NCBI RefSeq assembly: GCF_964355755.1
Contig: NC_092673.1
Location: forward strand, 3,720,001-3,784,000
Source of the DNA: Antedon mediterranea
Taxonomy: Eukaryota; Animalia; Echinodermata
Reading direction: 5' to 3'
DNA: 64,000 nucleotides
This document shows positions 49,101 to 62,678 of the stretch, piece by piece. Made by a program: the position numbers and the translations under genes. Each line of letters starts with the position of its first letter. The stretch's first letter is position 1. A model generated the notes under the pieces. The model worked only from the letters and a program-made list of their open reading frames with translations, was not told where the DNA came from and did no database searches.

Positions 49101-52100
49101 TCACTACCATATTTAGTCATATCACTACCATATATGGGCACATCACATTTTTTTGTCAAACTAGTTTGATAGTGTGGACAGAGCTTAAGAATGATTAATT
49201 GTGGATTATGAAATTTAAATTTTTTTTAATACACTGTTCAGATACAGATACTATTTCTATACAAAAAACTAAATGTCATTTTGTCGGGATCAGTTGTAGA
49301 AAGTGTACGATATTTATAAATCATCATAAAAACAAAATATTAGTTTTATAATAAATGACACTTATGGCTGCAGATTGAAATTTAAGAATAGTTATCATAA
49401 TTTCTTTTAAATAAAGACATCTTAAATTTTGATGAATAAGAGGTTTAAAACTCACAAAAATTATTGCAAAATCAAATTTGTTAAATGTGGCAAAATTTGC
49501 GTAAAAATACAAGAAATTTGTTGAGTATGTTTCATATTTTTAAAAGGGTCATTTACAAATTTATTATACATTATAATTTTGGCTGTTATTATCATACTTC
49601 ATGAATTGTTAATTAGTTGTAAATATCATCATGCAACATTATGATTTGATGCCTAATCCTCCTTATGAATTAATCATATTCTCAGTTAATAGTCTTATTT
49701 AAACATCTGCGATTTCCCTGCAGAAATACAAGCTTAAATAAGGGATCATACTGATACTCACAGTTACAAATATTTCATACAAAAAATCCACAAAATGGAA
49801 AGCATAAATTAAATCCACAATTAAAACCAACCAGCTTATGGTATTTTACAATCTCTTTTTTATAATTTATATATATATAATATATTGTGCACCATATTGG
49901 TTATGTTGTCTACGAGAAGATAACACGACCTTATCTGAAAAATGATATACTAACTGTATTTATATACTGGCAAATATCATTAAACACATTTTCATAACAT
50001 TGCTTAACATTAACATTTAGTTATCTGTAATGCGGCTTAAATTTTTTGGTAAGGAGCAATAAATGGTGTATGTATATATGTAACTCTATTACTATAGTGC
50101 ATATGAATATTTGTACAGTTACTATTATTAGTTGACACATTCTGTATGTACACCCGTATACCATGCTCTATTCTAAGTGACATAATGACTGCAACCGCAT
50201 GTTTAGTGACGCGTGCATGCACACACACAGTCTTCTGCTTCCTACCTTCCTGCGCTAGGCGGTATTCCATTTCTTCAAAACTTATCTGCCTCTGAACATC
50301 AGTGTCAAAGGGGCCTTCGAAGCGGCAGACGAGAACCGCAGCAAATTGAAAGAGGAAACTTGATGTATTAGTCATGCATTTCGAGCCAAAGTGGCCAAAA
50401 TGAAACTTACATGTTTACCATTTGAACATATCGACTACAAATCCAAAAACACATTAATACTCAAAACGCTCAATGACGTTACAGATTTTGCCACGTTTTA
50501 ACAAATAGTTGAATGCCACTAAATTAAAATCACTGTCAATTTTTCAGAGGGTAAAGAAGCCATATTCGTTAAATTTAACACACAAACTACCATGTTTACT
50601 ATATAAGCTTACTTCCTGTTAAAAATCACTTCATTAAAAATTATAGAGGGGGCTATTATCATTTCTTTGTAAAATTATTTAATGTTTTATAAATTACCTT
50701 CTTCTGCTGGGAAAAACTCTTCTTCCCCTCCTCCAAAATCATCATCTCCAGTTATGTCAGGAGTTAAAATTGCAGAAAAATCTATAAAAAAAAAATTAGA
50801 TTGGGATTATTTTTTTTAATTGTTGTATGCGCTGAATTTGTTACCAGTTTGGTAGGATGAACTTTGCCTCCAACAAAATGGGCAAGATAATCAAGGATCA
50901 GTTATATAGAATTTTTTTAAACAAGCTACACAAATTGGTTTCTAATTAGGAGTTATATAGTAAAAAAACATTATAGTTTTTTATGTGTAAGTGGTACAAA
51001 CAACTAAATATAAAACCCACAGAATGTATAATTATTGGTTAATAAGAAAAAATGGGATAATAATTATAGTTATTAGCAGAAACAAATTAGAAATAAATAA
51101 CGATAGACCAGTGGCAGGTCTAGTATCATAAATGTCACAGTCCATTAAATAGTATTCGAGAAAAAAACACAGCCATTATGATTAGCAGGAGAAGTAATTT
51201 CTAACATTTAGAATCAAAACATACTCAATGCTAAAACCAATCACTTGAGTTATGTGACAGCATACCAAATATCGAGATAATGCTCACGTTTCTGATAGAA
51301 TGAAATACTACATCAGATTTATAATTTACAAATATACAGAGCACTTAAAAATATATCATATAGTTTAACAAGTTCATTTCAGAATGTATATGAATAAAAT
51401 GTATGTTTGAAAAAATGTTCATACTGTACTTCATTTAATACATTAGAATTTATTATCTAAATATGATGTTTAAAATAGATTGTTCATTTAGTAAAATAAG
51501 ATGATTGAATAGAAGTATTAACCTTTTACCTTTGTCTAAAAAATCATTATTTTAGAACAATTTTGAACAAAGGTTGTTACGGAAACATAATTGGTTAATT
51601 ACAGTTATTTTTGTGATTGATGCTGGGGGAAAAAATGTTCCTTGTTTCTCTAGAAGGAATAAATGATTGAAGTTGCATCTTCATCGTTATGAGTTCCCAC
51701 AATCATCATGTTGATTAACACAGAACTAGTCAGTGTGCTGGCAGTATTTACAGCTGGTTTTGGGTTTAGTTTTGATTGTTTGGATTTATTTCTTACATTA
51801 TTTTGTTAACATTTTTTTAAATATTATTTTTTTATTATTAATATTTTTCTTTAATACTTTCTATTTATTTTTACAAGGGGAGGGGGGAGAGGGGGTGACT
51901 CAAGTTGGCAAGGTTGTCATGCCTAAATTTAGATACATTATTTAAATCTCTGTCCACAAACACTACAATCATGAAATTCCAAAAACCAAAAGTGGAATAT
52001 TGATTGACAGTATCTTCATCGATATATCAATCGTCCATTGACACTCTTGGGTGGAGTCAAAATAGATTCGAACCAGTCATCAGATAATTTAGGTGTTCTA

Positions 52101-55100
52101 TCATATTAAATACATTACACACCTGAAGGAGTTGGTATTTCTTTCACTCCATTAACTGGACCTACAGGTACAGGCGTTCTTTCAGATTCAATATTGCCAT
52201 CGGCAGAAGTAAAATCACTAGTAGAATCAGATGTAGACGTATCCTCTACAATGAATCCCACTGATGTGCTACAAAGATAAATTTGTTAAATATTTTTAAT
52301 TAAGTTTATATTAACACTTTTGTGTTGCTTAGTGGTTAAAATGATTGATAATTTCCTAAAAACATGAAAAATGAAGATTAATTAAGTCAGACTTTGAATA
52401 GGTTATTTTGTAGTTTTAATAAGTTAATCCCTTCCGTAAAAAAAAAACATGTTTTTTCAGGTAATACATTTTTTTTCAAAGTGGATAACTATTATGTGAC
52501 ATTAAAATGGCATATTAAAAAATAAAAATATTAAAAAAAAATTTTTTAGGGGGACAATACATCTTTAATAAAACACTTCCTTCCTGAATATACTTGCAAA
52601 TAGCAGGTATACATATTTCAGTAGTTTCTCATCATCATCAGTGATAAATAAACTGATTGACTAATTCAATTAATGTACAGTATACAGTATCAGATTAAAA
52701 CATGTATAAGCATTTCATTGAGAATATATTATTGTCATTTTGAAGGTATAAAATTATATGTAAAACCCTTGTTTGTAGGTCTACTTAAAATTATAATGTA
52801 AAACCATCTGAATATTAAACCACGGCATACCTGTCAGGCTGCTCAGGTGATATCCTGGTTACTTCAACATCATCTAATGAATTTTCAACATCTTTGAGGT
52901 CAAGCTCTGAATTTCTTGGAGGAGAATTAGCAACAGCTGATTTGGTACCAAAAGGATTAAAATTCTGTAACTCCTCATCGGTCATATCAGCATAAGATTT
53001 TGCGGTGTTTGTAGCCTTTGGGGGCGAGTTAGCGACGGCTGTCTTCATACCGAATGGGTTGAAGTTTGCCAATTCTTCATCGGTCATATCAGCTATGGAT
53101 TTTCCCGCCATTTTATTGTCTTTTTGCTGATCAAGTTCGCTAGGAACATAGGCAGCTACCAGATTTTCTTTATCTTCGATGCCAATCAGCAAATCTACTG
53201 GTTGCTCCGGCAAATCCCTAAAAAGTTATTTTCAAAAAGTTTTGAGTTTATAAAATTCTAGTTATGTTTTTATTTTAGATAAACATGTTTACCAAAACAA
53301 AATATTATTAGTAATAGTAGTACTAGTAGTAGTACAGTAGTATTCTCAACATGAAATTTTAATAATTGTTACAAAAACAGATTTATATTCGGAGTTGATA
53401 GATCGCAGTGATTACTGTATTCAACGATTTATCAATATTAACAACATTTGAAAAGTTCAACAAGAGTTTAAATATTAATTATTATTTTTTAAGATTATTT
53501 CCGCAGATATTAACGTAAAGATTGAACTCTCAATGTTGAAAGACTAAGAGCAACATCAATTATACTGCAAATATAAAATGCACTGGTCAATTGCCTATTG
53601 CATTTTATAAATCACATAAAGGAAATTCAATGTTATGAGTAAGGGTACTCAAATACTGGAAGTAAAATGTTGGTACAGCTGTTTAAAAAGAATAAAAAAA
53701 TAGAAAATATAAACCGAGTTTAAATGAATGTGTCCTACAGTATATAATTAAACAACAATCAGTATAATATATAGCTATTGTAAGTTATAAAAAACTTTGT
53801 TCTACTTGACAGTGTATATAAATTAATATAGTCTTACTCTTACACTCGATCTACACTATAGAAACTTTATGTGTCAAAAAAATGTGCCCATATGGAGATA
53901 TATATTTGGGCATATCCCTGCCATATTTGGGCACTTCATACTCTTTTTTTTTTTCAAACTAGGTTGATAGAGTAGACAGTTGTCATGTTGTCCAACTTGG
54001 CTTTTTTTTAAAAATATTATGAGTAAAGTCCATAAATTACTATTGCATCTATAATAGTTTTCCTACTACAGTTACTCAGTACTTTTACTTTTCTTTAGAA
54101 TTAATGGTTCAGGTAAAAGGGATGGGTTATGCACGTATTTCTGAGTTGAATTAACCTTGTTAATTCAATTATAATCAGAATGAAACACATTTACTGTTGC
54201 ATGGGTCAAATGTTGAAATCCACTCCATGGGCTACCTAACTATTTGCCCAGTGGGTCAACAGCAAGTCAGCTGCACCAGACTCGCTTTTTAAAAAAGACA
54301 AGATTTTTGTCTAGACAATATTTTAATATTTTTGAAGTTCATTAGTAAAGTTAGGTTTGCAGTTACGCCATTAGGATACTGCAAACTTAAATTAAATTTT
54401 TAAAATGTGATGTGCCTACATATGGACATGATGTTATAGCACTACCATATTTGAGCATATCACTACCATATTTGGGCATATCAAACTTGTTTTTGTCAAA
54501 CTAGTCTGATAGTGTAGACAGAGCTTTACTAATTGTTTCGAATTGGAAACATATTTTAAGTTCATGCTTCGAATTCGGGTGTCATAAAATAAAATTAACA
54601 AAATAGACTCCTCCATAAAATGGAGTCTTCCATTTTTACCTTAAAGGAAGGTTATCAATAAGCTCGTTGACAAACTCGTTGGCAAATTTTATATAATCGT
54701 TATGATCTTGCTTGGTGACAACTTGGACGCGTTCTATCCAACTCTCCTTGTCATCAAGCTCACGTACGAATTCGTAGGCCGAAAACGCAGTATGCAACTT
54801 GGATTTGTTATTTTTAGGCTTTGAAGGTGTTTGAAAAGTGACCTACAGTACAGGGAGCAAAAAGAAAAATATTGATTAAATAAATACAATGGATTAGAAA
54901 GGAAGTACCGTATGCACATTGGAGCAAAATAATAAATATGCAAGATATATAGTATTAGTAGTATATTCTTAGTGAACTTTTTCTTTAAAAAAAAATTGTC
55001 TTAGATGTATTTGCATTAATTTATTATGAATTCCAACAAATAAAAAAAGATGTATTCATAATTTTTAAAAAAGTGTCATTAGTGTAATGTAATTAGAATT

Positions 55101-58100
55101 ATTCTTTCTTATAGAAACTTCTAAATAGAAATATCTGATACGCAATGTTTTAAATAAATTCAACATGAGCCATAGGGCTTACATTGATAAAAAAATTATT
55201 GTTTGAATCTTGAAAAACTTAAGTTAATTATAAGAAAGATAATAGAAATATAAAACATATTTCCTTAGAGTATATACAGTATTAATAATGTAATCATAAA
55301 ATCAGTAATTATAAAAGAAAGATTTCAGAAGTGTTACCGTTAGGGACTTATATAGCAACACAGCAGGGGTGCAAGAATGTTACCCTGCCGGCCCGTAAGG
55401 GACTTTAAAGCGCCAATGTTCACCCTCAAAAGTCAATATCTTGTCTAAAACACTTCCTTACAGTAACACACGGTACAATTAGCAGTTTCACTTTAAATTC
55501 CAAAACATAAAGTGTTACAAAGAAAGCATATAGATTTGATTTGTTCTTTATTTATGTTGTATGATTTATTATCATATCCTGCATGGCCTAAAGGGAGGAC
55601 ATAAACAAATCAACAGGTTTATAAATAACAAGCAAACTCTAGATTAGTATAATGAAAGTGACAAGGCCTTAGTCATTATAGTGCATTTCATTATATTGTA
55701 TTCCTTATGAGAGGTATGCACTAGGATCAAGTCAAGTACCGTATCATTTATTGTCATTTGTTTTAAGAAAAATACATAGAAATTCTGTTTGCTCTGTTGG
55801 CAGAACATTCATTCATTCATTCATAATAACATTTATTTCTTATCATTTCAAAGTAAACAAAATAACAATTTAAATATAAATAATTAAGAGGCAAAACCCA
55901 GAAAGTAATAACATTTAGAGGTTTCCCTCCAAAAAAACTTGTGACGGGTAGCCAGTTAAGAAATTGTAATCATATTGGAGTTTAAACAAACAGAAACAAA
56001 ACAAGACAACGACAAATTAATAATAATAAAATACTATGGAAGCACAGAAAAACCAGAATAAAAATGTTGTTTTATTATTATTAGTTATTTATGGAGTAGA
56101 ATTTGTTTAAGTTTAAAAGAAAATGTATTTTTTGAAGGTGCCAATTTAATTTCGTCGGGGAGATCATTAAATAATTTGGTGCCACTATAACGGATATTAT
56201 GTTGCATTAATGTTAATTTGGTAAGGGGAGGGTGGAGATTATAGGAGGATCTAGTTTTATGGGTATGAATACTATTATTTTTTATAAAGCTGCAAGAAAG
56301 TTTGGTTGGAAGTAGACAGTTGACATGTTCATAGACGGACACCACACAAACGCAAAAACAAAAACATTTCAAAAAGTGGCTACAGTACATTAAGGTTCTA
56401 ATAGCTCCTGGATGGAAACTATTTGTAAATCGTGCCTTACTGGCCTTAATAGAACGCAATCGCCGACCGCTGCACGTCAACTGATCAAAATTTAATTCAC
56501 CTACAGTATGAGTAGACTAACACCTAGGATTCAGCTAACACCTAGGTTTCAGCCACGAGCGAATGAAAATATGCTAATCTTATACAGTACATGACAGTAG
56601 ATTATAATATGTTCATGTATGCCTTTAGCGATGCTACTGTATTTCATTTTGAAGATCATGAAGGCAAGGTACTGTGGAATACATCGCGGTAAATTATAAA
56701 AAAGAGTAAATTTACATTCTAGTTCTTTAATTAAAAAGCATATCAGTCACTCAAGCTATTGGTTATTCTTAATAATTATTCCTAATTAAATTCATACAGC
56801 ATTACAATTCAATAATATTCTAATTTTTGACAGAACTCAAAAGATTCTGAAAAACACAGAATTTGACATCGGGAAAAATTTCATTTAAAAATTTTGTTTA
56901 GCAATATTGCTATTCAAACTGATTTTTTAGTCAAGAAACATAGTTTTATATATTTTAGAAATGGATAGCAATAAAGGTTGTTTTGTATAGCTTTTTGCAT
57001 GCTACTGTACACTGGCGGAATTATACTCTATGTCATTGTTAAACGCAACTAATAAAATTATTTTTAATAATTATTTTAAATATTTGCTTTTTCTTAGTAT
57101 AGTTTTTAATTACAGTATAAACAGCAGGTTTTGTTTACTATACAGTAATTAGCAATTATACCTACTGTACTGTAGTAGTATATTATTTTTAGAAACTGAA
57201 TTTAATTAAAAACATTTTTATATTGGAACTAGCAAAATACAAAATCATCAATCATTTTGAAATTACTCTTCATAAAGGCCATGTGGAAAATTCTACAATC
57301 TTCAAGATTCAAGACAAAATTTACTGTACAACTGTATATCTATATTACTGGTATTTAATAGTAATACTATAGGAAACCTGTACAAAATTAGATAACTTAG
57401 AGATTAACTTGTTATATCGGTCAATATTAGGTCAGTTGCTATAATTATTCAGAAGTGGGAAATTAAGGATTGGTTAGACTAGTTATCTAAGAAAAGCAGC
57501 AATTCAATGTAGAAAATGCAAAAAAAGTGTACATACAAGACGGATCAAGCAAAGTATCAACAAATTAATGATCAGTATCTTGTGAAATAATTAATTAGTA
57601 CATAGAGCAATTAGTCTTATATTTTTCCCTAACTTTTTAAATTATTTTTCCCTAGCCTTGTTTATAAACGGATGGGTATTCACAAAAAAAAAAAAAAAAA
57701 CATCCCAACAAACAAAAAATCATTTAGTTTTGCAGGAACATATTAAATATTATTAAATATTAACTTTGTAGTAGAAGACACATGCTGCTCATGTCACTAG
57801 TTGTAAAGTCATTTGAGTCTTTTTTTTAAGTACAGTCAATTGTACTGTATATTAAATTTAAACAGTGAAAAATATATTGTTCAAACATAACATGGGCAAA
57901 TCAATATCATAACATATTATGATTTAAGTGAAGAAGTAATTAGTACAAAGAAAAGAGATCACAATGCTTTTATAAGAATATTTATCTATCCCATAATGCA
58001 TTTCTTCATTCACATATCTTATGATGCATTTCTTCATTCACATATCTCATGATGCATTTCTGCATTCAACGTCATCATTCAGTGGTGGCAAGAAAAATAA

Positions 58101-60805
58101 TACCTTTGCTGATTCTAAAAATGGAGACTGAGGTGGCGTGGGAAGGTCAAGACATATTTCTACATCAGGAACCCAAGACTTCGGCTCCGTCGGCAACAGG
58201 AATGACAACGGTAAAGCCTGCCCTCGAGAATCACTATCGGTATATTCTGAATAATCTGACGCATCAAATCGACCTTCATCATCTTCTTCGGATGATTCCG
58301 AATTTGAGTTACAAGATCTTCTGATGATCTGTGGGGACGTCAATCTACGGCGATCAGGGTAGTCTTCTTGAGTGCCAAACCTTTTCAAAGACTTCTGCTT
58401 TCTCAGTTTCTTTAAATTCAACAGGTTGATTGTTTCTTCAATATTTAAAGAGCTACGTTTATCAATATCAACATTCTTTAAAACTAAATCAGTTTTAATT
58501 AACTTATCATCATTAACATCATCTGTACTGTCTTCTGGTAAAGTGTCATTTGTTAGACAATCCTCAGAAAATTTATTTTTAACTGCTTCTAATAGAACAT
58601 CAACATTCATTCCCAGTGAAAATGATCCAGATTCTTCAAATATGTGTAGGGAAGACGTTTCGGAATCGGTTTCCGAATGCACATCTAGCGGAGAATCCAC
58701 CATATATTCCATTAGGCTTTCATCGTCATCATCTTCTTCAGTTTCGTGCAAAATATGCGAAACATCGACGGAATGACATCGGGTCATAGAAGGCTTGTAT
58801 CCTTGTTGACCTGTTGATCGACTGAATGATAATGACTTTTTTAGGTTGATGAAACTTAGAGTTTTCTTTATCCGAAACGATCTCTTATTGACTTGGTCAT
58901 CGGGAACGTGATCCAGCGAATCGCCGACTGATCTTGCATGTTGACGATTTACCGTAAGTCGTGGTTTCCTCAACAAGGTAGCATCATCCAAAGCATGCTT
59001 TCTTTCTCTGGATTGTACGTCACCCATGGTAACTGAGATAAAAACATTCATCAAATAAAAATAAAAACTATTCATTAATACAATTTCTTAAAATCAGCAT
59101 TGCCAGTCATTTTTCACAGAAATTTCATTATATTAAAATTATTGATATCCACTTTGCCATTGAAAATAAATTCGGGCTAGTAAAACAAAAAAGGTTTAAA
59201 GGTCCGGTAGGCTACAGCAGTTAAAAATAACCTTACGGATAACCCTTGAAAATGATTCTAAACCTAAATGATTAAACACAGTTTGTAAATTGTGAAGCAC
59301 AAAAATAATAAAATGTTCTTTACCAATTAAAATACATGAATAAAAATAAATCTTCGATTTTGCAACTTGATCAATCCAAAAGAACTACTAAGGAGCAACA
59401 AATGCAATCAAATACTGATCACTTGTTGGTTTGTAATTTTTTTAAAAATTTAACAAAATTAGTTTTTTAATTCAATATTTCCGATACACACAATTCTCTC
59501 TTATCGCATCATAAATTGTATTCGTTTTACAAATGTACTTATTATTAATTCCCAAAGGCATGTCCGCATCCATTTTTGACCTACAGTATTCTGTAAAGCT
59601 TTGTCTACACTATCAAACTTTTTATCATATTTAAGCATATCACTACCAAATTTGGACACATCATAATTTTTTTGTCAAACTAGTTTGATAGTGTAGACAG
59701 AGCTTTATACAGTAACTAAACAAGATACAGTAGTTAATTCCATTTTAATTTCTATAAATTAATATTTCTCTTTGAGGCAAAATGTATAATTTTAGACAAG
59801 AAACTATAATATAACAATTAACAGAAAATTACAAATTAAAAAGAAGCTTAATTCACTTATATAAAATTCACTAATTGTTTATAATTAAAACAATAATGAA
59901 AGTAAATAACTTTTATAATATAATTATTCTTCAAACTGGGGCTGGATTACCTGCTGAGGCGTGACTGTGAATGATAACCTGTTTATTTCACACCTAAAAG
60001 TGAAATATTAATTAGCCAAATACAAGATTAACAACAGTAGATCAATCAACACTAAAGGATAAATCCAATAATCTGCTTTGCATGGAGCGACAAACACCAA
60101 CAGTACAGAACAAAAGCAATCATTTTCAATATAAACAGTCAGAATATTTTTGATCAATTAAGAATTTGTTTAAATTAAACACATTGATTAGTGCTAATGA
60201 TTTGACATTAGAATTGCAATATTAAAAAAATGATCACTGATTGAAATAGATTTTTTTAGTACAAATTTTATAGACATTTTGATTGATTGTTTACAGTGTC
60301 AACACTGACAATAACACTAGTCCTATCCAGTATATTCCTGAAAATGTCACTGTTCCTTCCCCATTTTGTTTATTACAGAATTACAAAGAGTAAAACAACT
60401 ATCTTTTGTCACAATAAATGCAACCCAACATGGAAAGTATTTTAATTTTTTTTAATTAATAATTTGTATATTAATTTTTTTTGTAAATCTGCCATGTATA
60501 CAAACATACAAATAATTAATTTTGAAGTAACCAGTTACCAATTACGTCTATACCTTTTTATTATGCGCTGAAAGCAACGTAGCCGCAATATTCTCCTTTT
60601 GCGATGCCTTTAAAATTCCGGACTGTGAGGACGGTTTCAATGGCGATGGCAACTTATCAAATTTCTCTGGCACTGGCAGCAATGGAGATGGCAAACTATC
60701 AAACTTCTCTTGTTCAAACAATGGAATCTTTAAATTTTCAACATCAATTGGAGTCTTGCTACAACTATCCAACGAGTGGAGAGGTGAGAATGGGTTACTG
60801 TTCAT
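43157..60805 (-). CDS. TACC: Transforming acidic coiled-coil (TACC) family protein, TACC3-like, 15 coding exons
   Basis: Phase-consistent exons 60805-60554, 54842-54640, 53217-52831, 52268-52123, 50781-50698, 47939-47872, 47750-47672, 47260-47082, 46362-46288, 45508-45351, 45108-45065, 44605-44445, 44088-43982, 43660-43540 and 43228-43157(TGA). Motifs: SQKEN...K|VTFQTP, two NFNPF...NSPP repeats, [34 protein letters not shown] and [17 protein letters not shown]. Confidence 0.92.
44640..44765. mobile_element. Small degenerate MITE with GGCCAA...TTGGCC ends (Zator-like)
   Basis: Imperfect inverted ends GGCCAAAATAAAAAAATAGCTTGTTTC / GAAACAAACATTCTTTTTTAGGTTGGCC with TAA nearby. Confidence 0.35.
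45560..46150. repeat. Degenerate tandem repeat (~80-90-bp unit built from shorter GTACC...GCAAGGGC subunits) in a TACC intron
   Basis: Repeated CATAAAAAGGTACCAT(A/G)CAAG and TACCATTGCAAGGGCCAAG blocks. Confidence 0.75.
50246..50314 (-). CDS. Candidate 69-nt in-frame cassette exon of TACC ([23 protein letters not shown])
   Basis: AG/GT-bounded, phase 1-1 like the flanking intron, GC-richer than the surrounding DNA, with TGCATG on both sides. Confidence 0.45.
55727..56480 (-). mobile_element. Two LINE 3' remnants: a CR1-group (L2/Crack-like) tail apparently inserted in a Rex1/Babar-like tail
   Basis: 56085-56330 encodes HTHKTR...[15 protein letters not shown]...FKLKQILL, followed by AATAAA and a (GAAT)n tail at ~55806-55838. 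56395-56480 encodes [27 protein letters not shown], with a separate AATAAA/(CTTGA)n tail at ~55727-55753. Confidence 0.6.
58104..59027 (-). CDS. Candidate alternative large N-terminal exon of TACC (~308 aa, low complexity, acidic/Ser-rich)
   Basis: Open frame of more than 900 nt inside TACC intron 1 on the same strand. Acceptor TCTCAG|TTACCATGG with good ATG context, and a phase-0 donor AAG|GTATTA at 58104/58103 that fits the VTFQTP exon. Confidence 0.65.
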
Positions 60806-62081
60806 ACTGCACCTAAAATAAAAAACAACAACAAAATAACACTCTACACTATTTAAAATATACATACGCAATACCATCCTACAGTTACACTGTAGTCAAT
60901 CATAATAATTTCATGAACGATACCACTGGCTTGGAGGTAAATCTTAAGAATATTGTTATTGCTACACATTTCTAAAATTGTGTAGCAAAAAAGACAATAC
61001 AAAACTATGTTTCTCGACTAAAAAATCAGTTTGATTAGCAATAATTGGTAAACAAAATTTTAAAATGAAATTTTTCCCTGGCCTATGTCGGTTTATCCAG
61101 GTAAGCTAGGCATGAACTAGACAAAATACTGTATAAACAAAATAATAATTTTCAATCTTTATTCTGGCTTTCCCACTGGCCCATTGTACCAATTTGTCAA
61201 CAAACTTGATATTAAAAAAATTTATTAGATGATTAACTTCTATATTAGAAACTTATTATGATTAAGTTATTAATAAACCTGTAGGTACTGTAGACACAAA
61301 ATATTGGTTTAAAAGCACACAGTGGTTTTACTAGAGCAAGCCTACAGTACAGTGAATAGAATCAATCAATGATTTTAAAAACCAATCCTTCAAATCACAA
61401 TTTAAAATCATCAATTAAATATTTATTTTAAATCTGAGACATACAATACAATTCCCCTCATACTGTTGAAGGAATCAGTCAAGCAGATCCTGGAATCTTC
61501 TGATAAATTATGTATTTCAGTGTTAACCTCATTAGTATGCAAAAGGTATATCAACAGTATCATGTGTCAAAATATTATGATAAGAAAGTAGGCCTTCACA
61601 CAATAAATAATGATAATAGTGTAATGTGATGGTACAGCAGGTAGGTGAAAGCAATACTGTAATGGCAATGTATAGTGGTATTAATCGAAATATTATTTTA
61701 TTTCCTGTAATAAATAATGGTCATTTACTGTTGTTTTTTAAAAATTTCTGTACACCACCGCTTTAAAACAAAGGGCCATGACTTTCATTCTACAGCACTG
61801 CGATCGATAAATAAGTGGGTTTATTATCTATGTTGTTATATGCTGCAGTGTTACATAGGTTTATATTTTAATTTTTTAATGAATAAACAATAATTAATTC
61901 AAAATCCAGAGCTACCCTTTTAGGGTACAGTGACTTAATAATTTACTTGAAATTAAACATTATACCCAGTAACACTTAGTAATTATTAAAAATGATTAAC
62001 TATTAAACAGATGTAAAACTAATATATTTATGAGATTATGTAAATTGTAATAATAAAAGCTGATAATGTTAAAATAATGGC

Positions 62082-62678
62082 AACTAGAGGGTACTCCGAG
62101 AGTACAAACCTCCGCCTACTGTAAAATTCCTCTACACGAAATGTCCCCGGAAAATATATATATTTTTTTAAATTTTTTTTTTTAGTTCTAAGTGTAAATA
62201 GGCTAACTACACCATACAAAGTTGTGGATGAGTGTGTGGTGTAATGGTTATGTATCCAGCCTCTCACAGTTGAGATCGCTGGATAAAGTCCCACTGAGGG
62301 TTTTTTTCTTTTTTTTATTATTATTTTTTTATTTATTTTTTGTTTTGTTTTTTGTGAACCTTGATCTTCAAAATTTAACCACAATTATATGATGAGTCAT
62401 TGATCATTGTGGCTAAGTTTGGTGAGAATTGGATAAAAACTGTGGTCTCTAGGTAGTAATATAGTTTTTTGTTAGTTGTGACCTTGGCCTATGACCTTTT
62501 CCCCTCAAATTCGAACTCGTCCGAGCTTCTGAGGCATAGATCATTGTGTCCAAATTTGGTGAGAATCGGATAAAAACTGTGGCCTCCAGGCTGTTCACCG
62601 ACAGACACATACAAACCCACAAACATACAAACACATAAACATACAGGGGTGAAAATATAATCTCCTTGGCGGAGGTAA
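62082..62678. mobile_element. Non-autonomous Helentron/DINE-like (HINE-type) element
   Basis: Subterminal inverted repeat ACCTCCGCC (~62108) / GGCGGAGGT (~62668), two ~137-bp internal repeats (GATCATTGTG...TTTGGTGAGAAT) and an (ACAA/ACAG)-type microsatellite near one end. Confidence 0.55.

Noticed and set aside
58049-58776. Plus-strand ORFs 58049-58324 and 58372-58776, and ORFs antisense to the GPCR and MCT exons
   Set aside because: Antisense shadows of real coding exons.
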